Assembly (NCBI GenBank): GCA_951406725.2
Contig: OX597833.1
Span: 54,436,001 to 54,500,000, forward strand
Origin: Octopus vulgaris
Taxonomy: Eukaryota
DNA: 64,000 bases
Reading direction: 5' to 3'
This document shows positions 52,517-64,000 of the stretch, piece by piece. Both the position numbers and the translations under genes were made by a program. The notes under the pieces were generated by a model, which saw only the letters and a program-made list of their open reading frames with translations, did not search any database and was not told the DNA's origin. Positions within the stretch are counted from its first letter, which is position 1, and each line of letters begins with the position of its first letter.

Positions 52517-54111
52517 CATGTTGATAGTATCTGCAACAGAGTATTGAACTATCGTTTTGGCAAATAAATGCCTACTTATATTCCCTCTGCACAAATGTTA
52601 AGCAGTATCCTGAAGACTCTAAAGAGGTAAGATGTATGCAGAAGCAAACAATGAAAAAAATATCATCAGAAATTTGAAAAGGTGACGAGCTGGCAGAAGC
52701 GTTAGTACGCTGGACAAAATGCTTAGCGGTATTTCATCTGCCGTAATGTTCTGAGTTCAAATTCAGCCGAGGTCGACTTTGCCTTTTATCCTTTCGGGGT
52801 CAATAAATTAAGTACCAGTTACAGACTAGAGTCGATATAATTGACTAAATCCCTTTGTCTGTTTTTGTTTGTCCCCTCTATGTTTAGCTCCTTGTGGGTA
52901 GTAAAGAAATAGGTATTTCATCTGGCATTACATTCTGAGTTCAAATTCCGCCGAGGTCGGCTTTGCCTGTTATCCTTTTGGGGTTGATAAATTAAGTACC
53001 AGTTATACACTGGCGTCGATGTAATTGACTTAATCCGTTTGTCTGTCCTTGCTTGTCCCCTCTATGTTTAACCCCTCGTGGGCAATAAAAAATAAGAAAT
53101 CTATTTCTTGTAGTACATTGGCCACCTTTATTTTTTTAAAAACAAAAACTGGCAGAATTGTTAGCATGTTGGGCAAAATGCTTAGCAGTATTTCGTCTGC
53201 CGTTACGTTCTAAGTTCAAATCCCGCTGAGGTCGACTTTACCTTTCATCCTTTCGGGGTCGATAAAATAACTACCAGTTACGCACTGGAGTCGATGTAAT
53301 TGACTTAATACCTTAATAAGAAATTTGAAAAGTAGTGTAAAATAAACTTTGATTCACAGACAGATATTATTTATGAGTGATAATTATTTAATGCGACCAA
53401 TAGCTAATCATCTTACCAATAAAAATTGAAAGGGAAAATCGAAAGAAATAAATGAAGATGATTAAAAAAAGAACACTCGAATGTAAAATTGATCACTCTC
53501 AATGGGAATTAAAAGCTGCCAGTGAGAAACTTCCATCGCCAGAAGAGAATAGCTGAAAGAAAAATAATTAACTAGATAGTCGGGTGAAATCAATCAGCAA
53601 TTGACTGTAAACGAGAGAAGGAAATGAGGAAAAAGATAGACAATAAAAGAGGATCGCTTGAAGAATTGTCACCCAGACTTTGACAGGGTGGCATTTTCTT
53701 CAGCGGGTGGAACCAAGGGGAAGCCAGAATGCTAGAATGTTCCTGCCACTTCACCACCACCACCACCACTACCACTACAACCACCACCACAACCACAACC
53801 ACAACCATCACTTACTTCATTTTACTTTCTTTTATTTTTCTGTAATTTTAATTGTTTCAGTCATTTGACTGCGGCCATGCTGGAGCACCGCCTTTAGTCG
53901 GGTAAAATCGATCCCAGGACTTATTCTTTGTAAGCCTAGTACTTATTCTATCAGTCTCTCTTGCCGAACCGCTTGCTTACCAACCACATGGGTCTGGGTT
54001 CAGTCCCATTGCATGGCACCTTGGGCAAGTATCCTCTACTATAGCCTCGGGCCGACCAAAGCCTTGCGAGTGGATTTGGTAGACGGAAACTGAAAGAACG
54101 TATATATATAA

Positions 54112-54155
<44 letters not shown>

Positions 54156-54206
54156 GTAAAATAATATGTGTTGTATATGTGAAATATATATATATATATA
54201 TATATA

Positions 54207-54322
54207 CCGAAGAGATGTATATACTCGGCATCTGAAACAGTTTATCTTGACTTGTGATAAATTACTCTATTTACATAATATTGTCTCTTTCTTTCTTTTG
54301 TTATCTTACCGTTTTTACCAAT
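54207..54322 (+). mobile_element. Truncated pLTR-like element related to the 4584 family, with HHR remnant
   Basis: CCGAAGA-GATG...CATC-T-GAAA-CAGTT, then the shared tail GATAAATTACTCTATTTACATAATAT. Confidence 0.55.
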
Positions 54323-55535
54323 ATATATATATATTTATATACATGTGTGTGTGTATGTATATGTTTGTGTGTCTGTGTTTGTCCCCGCCCACCAACATCA
54401 CTTGACAACCAATGTTGGTGTGTTTACGTCCCCGTAAATTAGCAGTTCGGCAAGAGAGAGACCAATAGAATAAGTACTAGGCTTCCAACAAATAAGTCCT
54501 GGTGTCGATTTGCTCGACTAAAGGCGGTGCTCCAGCATGGCCACAGTCAAATGACTGAAACAAATAAAAGAATAAAAGAATACAAGAATAAACAATGCTT
54601 TGGAGAAATCAGTGGTATTCTCATATTCTCATATAATTATCAACATCATGGGTATTGCTGTTATACGCAAACAGTTATCTGAGCTAAGATTTTTTGTTTC
54701 CCTTTTAAAATCTTACAACAGAACCTATTGTTCCTCACTATAGGAATTGGTTGGCTCTCTTAAGACTCTCTTAAATGTTGATTTTGTTATATGCGATGCC
54801 CTGTTGTGTGTTGTTGCTCATTAAATTTGGTTTTACAGCCTTGGTCTCTCCTCTTGTATAGAGCTGAACAGCTGTGTGGTTGTGGAAGTTGGCACAGACA
54901 CACGTATACACATGCATACACACTTACACACAGATAACACACACATACACACACATGCACACACACATGCATGCACATATATGCACATAAACACATGCAC
55001 ATGCATGAGTGTGCATACACATGAACACACACACATGCACACATGCATACACATGTATGCGAACACATACACACACACACTTACACACACACACACTTAC
55101 ACGCACACACATACACACATGTGCACATACAAACACATACTCACACACTTACACACACATATGCATGCACTAGCTCACACACAAGCACACACACACATGC
55201 ACATACACACACCTGCGCATGCACACACATGTACATACACAAGTGCACATACACGTGCACACACACATGCTTGTACACACACACATACATACACGAGCAC
55301 ACACACATGCACTTACACACACATAGGCATATACACACACGTGCACATGCAAACACATACTCACACACTTACACACACGTATGCACACACTAGCTCACAC
55401 ACAAGCACACACACATGCACATACACACGTGCACACACACACACACTCACACACTTACATGCACACATACACACCACATATACAAAGACCTTATACAGAC
55501 ATCATTCAAAATTCCCGTCACTAATACACAGATTA

Positions 55536-55698
55536 CTGTATTTTAAAGTGTATAAGGAACTCCCTAATTTTTAGGGCTTAAAATTTGGAAAAAAATGTTT
55601 TGTAAGGGATTATAATACTATCCATATATAAGAAACTCCAATATTGTTCGAACCTAATTTTTGACAAAAAAGGGTTCCTTATACACGTTAAAATACGG
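55536..55698. mobile_element. pogo/Tigger-like MITE
   Basis: TA|CTGTATTTTAAAGTGTATAAGGAAC ... GTTCCTTATACACGTTAAAATACGG|TA. Confidence 0.75.
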
Positions 55699-55952
55699 TA
55701 CATCTTTCTGGTCCATATCCACAGAGCTGTTGTGACTAGCTGACATCCACAAAGTTTGTCATCAATAGGCTGTATATCTTCAGTGAATCTGTTTTAGACA
55801 TTGGGTATCTAGTCTGTAGGTACAGACTGAGGGTATTTAGTCATCATGTGCAGGCTGTGGATATTCAGTTACTGAAACTATTAAAACTCCTAATACAATG
55901 ATGAGCATAGTGTTTTTATATGCTTGTATATATATATATATATATATATATA

Positions 55953-56250
55953 CTAGCAGTATCGCCCGGCGTTGCTCGGCTTTGTAAGGGAAATAACTAT
56001 ATAAGCATTTTTAGAGAGTTACTTCCCTTGTATAATAGCGAAAAAATACATTAAAATGGAAAAAAACGATGGTAAATTATTTTTAAAATCGTAGACTCAT
56101 CGTAGACGCGCGCTAATACCCAGAAGGGCTCGATATGAATCACAACTATAAGATACCCGGTTTTGGTTAAACTGCACCGCTAAATGTGGGAGTAGTTAGG
56201 AATCTAAATCGTAGGAGACAGACACACAACTTCACTTTTATATATAAGGA
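55953..56250 (-). mobile_element. Complete non-autonomous Helitron (298 bp)
   Basis: A|TCCTTATATATAAAAG 5' end. 3' GC-rich hairpin CCGAGCAACGCCGGGC followed by CTAG|T. Confidence 0.85.
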
Positions 56251-56690
56251 TATATATATATAGGCGCAGGAGTGGCTGTGTGGTAAGTAGCTTGCTTACC
56301 AACCACATGGTTCCGGGTTCAGTCCCACTGCGTGGCATCTTGGGCAAGTGTCTTCTGTTATAGCCTCAGGCCGACTAATGCCTTGTGAGTGGATTTGGTA
56401 GGCGGAAACTGAAAGAAGCCTGTCGTATATATGTATATATATATATGTGTGTGTGTATGTGAGTGTATATGTTTGTGTGTCTGTGTTTGTCCCCCTAGCA
56501 TTGCTTGACAACCGATGCTGGTGTGTTTACATCCCCGTCACTTAGCGGTTCGGCAAAAGAGAGACCGATAGAAAAAGTACTGGGCTTACAAAGAATAAGT
56601 GCCGGGGTCGATTTGCTCGACTAAAGGCGGTGCTCCAGCATGGCCGCAGTCAAATGACTGAAACAAGTAAAAGAGTAAAGAGTAAGAGTA

Positions 56691-56751
<61 letters not shown>

Positions 56752-57613
56752 TGTGTGTGTGTGTCCAGAATCACTTTGCCACTGTGAGGCCCAAAGCCAG
56801 AAAGGTACTTTTTTACGTACCACTGGCACAGGTGCCAGTTAAATGACACCAGCATCAGCCATGACTACAATTTCACTTGGTTTGGTGGGTCTTCTCAAGC
56901 ACAGCATATATCACCAAAGGTCTTGGTCATTAGTCATTGCCTCTGTGGATCCCAAAGTTTGAAGACCATGCTTCACCACCTCATCCCATGTCTTCCTGGG
57001 TCTACCTCTACCACAGGATCCATTTACAGTTAGAGATCAGCACTTCTTTACACAGCTGTCCTCGCCCACACACATTACATGACCAAACCAGGGCAGTCAG
57101 GGCAGTCATCTCTCTTGCCTCTTATGCCCACATTTGATGCCTCATTTTCTCTGAAGATGCTTACACTTTGTCGAACATGCACACTAACATTGCACATCCA
57201 GCAGGCGTGGCTGAGTGGTAAGAAGCTTGCTTCCCAACTGCATTGTTCTGGGTTCAGTCCCACTGCATGGCACTTTCAATAAGTGTCTTATGCTATAGCC
57301 TTGAGCTGACCAAAGCCTTGTGAGTTGATTTTGTTGATGGAAGCTGAAAGAAGTCCATCATCTGTAAGTGTGTGTGTGTGTGTATTTGTGTCTGCATTTG
57401 TCCCCCCACCATCACATGACATCTGATATTGGTATGTTTATGTCCCCGTAAGTAAGCAGTTCAGCAAAAGTAACCAATAAAATAAGAAAATAGGGTTGAT
57501 TTGTTCAACTAAAACCCCTTAAGGTGGTGCTCCATCATGACCGCAGTTAGATGACTGAAACGAATAAAAGAATTAAAGAATATTTGTGTGTATGTATCTG
57601 CATTTATGTATGT

Positions 57614-57670
<57 letters not shown>

Positions 57671-57671
<1 letters not shown>

Positions 57672-57892
57672 TTCTTTATTGGCCATTCAGGGCTAAACAC
57701 AGAAGTGACACAATACAAAGCAGAGCTTTTCTTTTGGAGAAGAAGAGAAGGGGAATAAAACGGGGCGAATTCCGATCAAATGGGAGTGTGAAAAGAAAAG
57801 AAAAAGGTGGGGACGAATTCTGATCAAAAGAATCTGAAAAAAAAGATGGATGGATGGATGGATGGATGGGTGTGTGGGTGGGTAGATGGATG

Positions 57893-57951
<59 letters not shown>

Positions 57952-58165
57952 TTCTTTATTGGCCATTCAGGGCTAAACACAGAAGTGACACAATACAAAG
58001 CAGAGCTTTTCTTTTGGAGAAGAAGAGAAGGGGAATAAAACGGGGCGAATTCCGATCAAATGGGAGTGTGAAAAGAAAAGAAAAAGGTGGGGACGAATTC
58101 TGATCAAAAGAATCTGAAAAAAAAGATGGATGGATGGATGGATGGATGGGTGTGTGGGTGGGTGG
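57671..58165 (-). repeat. 280-bp-period tandem duplication of a retroposon 3' end
   Basis: Identical units start at 57671 and 57951, separated by (GGAT)n/(GATA)n. Confidence 0.88.
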
Positions 58166-60575
58166 ATGGATGGATGGATGGATGGGTGGGTGGATGGATG
58201 GATAGATAGATAGACAGATGCAATGTATGTATGTACATATATATGTGACAAGCTTCTTTCAGTTTCCATCTACCACATCCCCTAACAAGGGTTTTAATCA
58301 GCCAAGAGCTATAGTAGGCATCACTTTCCCAAGATACCCCATAGTGGGATTGAACCTGAAGCCATGCAGTTGGGAAACAAACTTCTTATCTACATAGCCA
58401 TGTCTGCACCTGTGAAGCTAATAAAAGCATAATAGAACTGATAAAAAAAGAAAAATGCTTAAAATTCGCATACTAGATGTGTTTCTCATATCTTGAACTT
58501 TGTCCAAATTCTTGATATATTGTAGCCAAAATGTGTTTGGTCTGTTTCAGGTTCTGGTAGAACAATAAAGATTTTTATTGGGGAAAACAATAAAACACCT
58601 ATAACATTCAATAAAATAACATTTATTTTATTCCTGTTTGAAAAGCATTGCTTTTCAGATCACACACTATCATTAACACATATCTTCACAGCGTCCACAC
58701 CAGCAGCCAGCTTGTAACTTTTGAAATCAATCTACTTACCCATGCAGGAGGTCTTGTTTTTCCAAAGTAGTGATGTATTGAACATTTGTATCACCTCTGT
58801 ATGGTATCAGTGGTGATTACACTGGACTCACTGTAAACACTTTCAAAACCAGTTACTAATGACATCTACACTCTTGAGGTAATACCAGACCTTAAAAACC
58901 GCTTAAGGTTTAGAAGACATGATTTTAAATTTATAGCATAAATGATAGGCTCTTTAGCCCCTTGTCAAAGATGATCCAAGAGACCTTTGATCAAAGACAT
59001 TTCAGTTATGCCAAACCTGTCTTCTTAAGGACTAAATTATGAAACATGTCTTTTTTCTTAAAATAACAGGGTATGATTTCAAATGACATTTGGCTGTTGT
59101 TTCTAGCTGATTGTGTGTAAGCATCTCATTTTTCCATCTCATACATTGTGAATCTGGGACTATACTATTCAGTATGTCATTCTAGTGAGATGCTGGAATG
59201 TACCCTAAAGAACATTTCAATGTTACTTTTAACAGAGCAGGTAGCTGTGCAAAGACATCCTTCTTCAATATCCAAAATAATCGAACATAAACAATTAAAT
59301 GGGTTATTTCCCTTGAATGTTAAAAAAAATATTGTGCAGATGGTATGGGTTATTTCCCTTGAGTGCTTTTTTAAAAAATTGTTATGAGGTAAAAATAAGG
59401 TCCTTTCCAGGGGCTGTATTATCAATTTTTTCAACAATCTAAGTATGTCACGAGGTTTCCATACATGAGTTCTACTCGGGTGTCAAGTTTCATCAAAATT
59501 AATAAAACGATGTAGGAAGAGTTAAATAACAACACCACAAGCAACCACACATTGATTTTCCACAAATGTAGTAGATATACTTGATGTCTTCATATATGAC
59601 TGGTATCTTCCAGTTTCTGTCAAGCAAATCCATTCATAAGTCTTCAGGCATAGGAGTGGTTGTGTGGTAAGTAGCTTGCTTACCAACCACATTGTTCCGG
59701 GTTCAGTCCCACTGTGTGGCATCTTGGGCAAGTGTCTTCTACTATAGCCTCGGGTCACCCAAAGCCTTGTGTGTGGATTTGGTAGATGGAAACTGAAAGA
59801 AGCCCGTCTTATATATGTATATATATGTGTGTGTGTGTGTGTATGTTTGCTTGTCAGTGTTTGTCCACCCAACATCGCTTGACAGAGGGGTGAGGGTGGT
59901 GGGGCTGAACCCCAAAGTAAGTAGTTGTGAAGCAAATTTCCTAACCACAGTCATACTGGGCCCTACATATTACCCTTTTTGTTTTTTGTTTAATAACATG
60001 ATGGAATTTGGTTTCAACTAGATTTAGCTGCTATGTTCAGCATATTAGGCTCACATTATATTGACCTAGCTCACCCCTCCCACTTCATTGTTAGTTTTTG
60101 CGAAGTAATTTCAATTCACAGGATTCCTGATAAAATTTCAACTTGATATGTCACTTTACCAATTTGCAAATTTAATATTATTGTCTGTGTATTAAAACCT
60201 CCTTTGCTCCTTAATGTGAGCTCTGACCTTAAACCTTCATGGACAGATCAAAGATTAAAACCCAAAATTTCATTATACAGATATTGGACTAATTTATCCT
60301 GTTATTGGCAAGAACAATATCATGCATGTCATGGTTGCCAAATGTGTTCCGAGCTATGATAATACATACATACATACATACATATATATATATATACACA
60401 CACACATATATATACATACATGCATACATATATATGTGCATATATATTTATGCATATATCTATGTATGTACATATACATGTATACATGTGTGTATATATA
60501 TATGTATGTATGTATGTATGTATATATGTATATATATATATATAGATATAGATATATATATGTATGTATATATAT

Positions 60576-60641
<66 letters not shown>

Positions 60642-60671
60642 TAGGGTGAAATATAATTAATTTAATAAAAT

Positions 60672-60721
<50 letters not shown>

Positions 60722-60940
60722 GAAGCCGCATAGCATGTGGTTAGAGCTTTAAGCTTATGATTGTGAGGTTGTGAGCTTGAATCCCGGATTGGGCTGCATG
60801 TTGTGTTCTTGAGCAAGACACTTTATTTCACGTTGCTCCAGTTCACTCAGCTGTAGAAATGAGTTGCGACATCACAAGCCTGTCGTATACATACATAAAT
60901 ACACACACATACATACACACACACACACATATTTATATAT

Positions 60941-61482
60941 TTAAGAAAATGTAGAGGGAACACACGAGTAAATAGATAATTATGAAAAAGAAGAACGAAA
61001 ATGCAACTTTTTTTAAAAATTAGGTACATTTGAATTTCTTTATATAAATACATTTTAAAAAATGTTTTTATTTTACATGTTTTGGGTTTTGAAAAGCCTT
61101 ATCAAAAATATGTGCTAAAATGGAATATACAGAGAAAAAAGTTATAAATAAAATTATTGAAATAAACATTCATAGTGTACTTTCTTTTTTCCTGCACGTG
61201 GTAATTTCGTTTAATTTTTGTGGCATTACCAGTGGCACTGTCTGTGATGGCAAGTTACCACTGCTCTTGCAGGAAAAAAGGAAGTACACTATGAACGTTT
61301 AATTGAATAATTTTTTTAATAACCTTTTTCTCTACATATTCCATTTTAGTACACATTTTTGATAAGGTTTTTCAAAAACCAAAATATGTAAAATATAAAC
61401 TTTTTTTTTTTAATATATTTATATAAAGAAATTTAAATGTCCCTAATTTTAAAAAGTTCCCTTTTCATTCTTCTTTTTCATA
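60941..61482. mobile_element. Fold-back PLE-type cassette (~215-bp arms) with two decayed U3-A8 hammerheads
   Basis: Arms 60981-61196 and 61268-61482. Motifs at 61070-61109(-) and 61355-61394(+): ATTT-TTGATAA-GGTTTT..AAAACC-xAAA-YATGT-A-AAAT. One-sided tail at 60941-60980. Confidence 0.65.
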
Positions 61483-62045
61483 AATATATATATATATATA
61501 TTAGCATTAGGAAGGGCATCCAGCTGTAGAAACTCTGCCAGATCAGATTGGAGTCTGGTTTGCCAGACCTCAGTGAAATCGTCCAACCCATGCTAGCATG
61601 GAAAGTGGACATTAAATGAGGATGATGATAATGATGATATAGTGGAGGCACAATGGCCTAGTGGTTAGGGCAGTAGACTCACAGCCCATAGGATCGTGGT
61701 TTCGATTCCCAGACCAGTCATTGTGAGTGTTTATTGCGTGGAAACGCCTAAAGCTCCACAAGGCTCAGGCAGGTGGTGGTGGTGAACCCTGCTGTACTCT
61801 TTCACCACAACTTTCTCTCATTCTTTCTTCCTGTTTTTGTTGTACCTGTATTCCAAAAGGACCAACCTTGTCACACTGTGTCATGCTGAATCTCCCCAAG
61901 AACTACATTAAGTGTATATGTGCCAGTGGAGCACTCAGCCATTTTCACATTAAATTCACGATCAAGCTGTTCCATTGATCAGATCAACTGGAACCCTCAT
62001 CATCGTAACTGATGGAATGTCAAAATATATAAATATATATATATG

Positions 62046-62825
62046 GTTGCCAACATAATTATGTTGGACAAACAAGCCTCCCTTTACGTAAAAGAGTAGT
62101 GGTCCATAAAGAACAAATAAATCTTCCAGAATACCGTCAAATTCCACTAAGTAGCCACATAGACTCGTGCGCTAAAGACAAAAATCCTAAATTTTACATA
62201 TTCCCCTTCTACCAATGTAAAGACGGAATCACTACACAAGAAAGAATTAACAAGGAGAATCTTTTTATTGAAAAATTCAAGACGCATCTTAATATGCAAA
62301 CTCCACGATGATCATACTTCTTTTTTCTAACATCCTATCTGACAAAAAATTGATAATCCCAATTGAAGAGCATAAAATCCACAGAGTTGACTCCCCTTAC
62401 CCACAGGAACTGGATAATTCCTACTCCATTTCCTGTTTTGACATTCATTTAACAAATATCCTAAATTAAACACCATGTTTAATCACATGGATCTCAATCC
62501 CCCAAGGTAATTTTTCCAAGGACTATCATTGAATTCAAGATACATAAAGACTTTACAATGTATGGGTATACCTATTTTTTAATTTTTGTATATGTTTATC
62601 ATTATTTTTTTTGCAAAAAACAATGTAAATTTCTTTTTTCCCCCTCCTCAATTAAAAAAAAAAAAATTTTCTTTTCACCTTTCAATTCTTGAAAATTTGC
62701 ATTGCGATGAAAACTGGTTAGAGTTAATATTTAAAAAAAATTTTTTTTAATTTTCCCTACACCCACTTTTATTAATTTTTCCCTTCAATTTAGCATTCTG
62801 CCTTTTTAAAATTTTTCCTCGCCTA
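62046..62825 (+). mobile_element. Another 3' fragment of the second PLE family (decayed HHR at 62684-62725)
   Basis: Closely matches 38259-39310 apart from one internal block that is absent here. Confidence 0.88.
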
Positions 62826-63061
62826 TATATATATATATATCTTTACTGCCCACTAGGTGCTAAACATAGAGGGGACAAACAAGGACAGACAAACGGATTA
62901 AGTCGATTACATCGACCCCAGAGCGAAACTGGTACTTTATTTATCGACCCTGAAAGGATGAAAGGCAAAGTCGACCTCGGCGAAATTTGAACTCAGAACG
63001 TAAAGACAGACGAAATACCGCTAGGCATTTCGTCCAGCGCGCTAACGTTTCTGCCAGCTCG

Positions 63062-63154
<93 letters not shown>

Positions 63155-63580
63155 GTATATACACACACACTATACTATATGTTACAACATATTTATTATA
63201 TCATACTTGATACTGTGTGGACGATGATAATGATGATGATGATGACAACCATAATTTTTCTATAGTGGAATCCAGAAAGAGCCTTCTGAATCAAATCTGG
63301 AACCACAAGGCTGAGAAATGAACTTTTTTACACAATCATAGCTACACATATATGCGTACACATTTGTGTGTGTGTGTGTGTGTGTGTGTCTGTGTTTGTC
63401 CCCCCAAGATCATTTGACAACCGATGTTGGCATGTTTACATGCCCATAACTAAGCAGTTTTGCAAAAGACACCAATAGAATAAGTACCAGGCGTACAAAG
63501 AATAAGTCTTGGGGTCGATTCATTTGACTAAAGGCAGAGTTCCAGCATGGCCACAGTCAAATGACTGAAACAAATAAAAG

Positions 63581-63641
<61 letters not shown>

Positions 63642-64000
63642 TATATATTCTTTCCTGAGCGTCAAATAATACTTTAATTGTTCCACGTCCTCGCGTTGCT
63701 GTGTTTTTTTCTGTGTTTTCTTGTTTGGATTAACTATATATACATACATACATACATATATATATATATATATCGGTGGCACGTAAAAAGCACCCACTAC
63801 ACTCAAGGAGTGGTTGGCGTTAGGAAGGGCATCTAGCCGTAGAAACATTGCCAGATCAGACTGGGTCTGGTGCAGCCTTCTGGCTTCCCTGACCCCAGTT
63901 GAACCGTCCAACCCATGCTAGCATGGAAAGCGGACGCTAAACGAAGATGATGATGATGATGATGATTTCTCTAAATAATCAGGAATGCGTTTATATAGCA

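Overview
AT-rich, microsatellite-dense eukaryotic genomic DNA, most likely an octopus intron or intergenic region (inferred from composition and SINE content, not from a database search). No host protein-coding gene is recognisable, and almost all ORFs in the track are translated microsatellites. The window is a mosaic of transposons: (1) a young 5'-truncated Penelope-like element (PLE) with a 590-aa RT + GIY-YIG ORF, plus two 3' fragments of a second PLE; (2) a 4-kb decayed autonomous Helitron split by four later insertions, plus non-autonomous Helitrons and Helentron-type elements; (3) RTE, CR1-group and R4/Dong LINE fragments; (4) Tc1, mariner, pogo-like and piggyBac-like DNA elements; (5) four tRNA-derived SINE families. 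The most striking signal is about 18 minimal type-I hammerhead ribozyme (HHR) motifs in several distinct families, read by eye. Several have non-canonical cores (U3-A8 pair, or a one-base insertion beside stem II). Four sets sit as outward-facing HHR pairs inside ORF-less fold-back cassettes of 0.2-0.5 kb, one with a 15-bp target-site duplication. The window also holds structural intermediates that link these cassettes to the inverted-pLTR architecture of the coding PLE. Ribozyme activity and novelty are untested.
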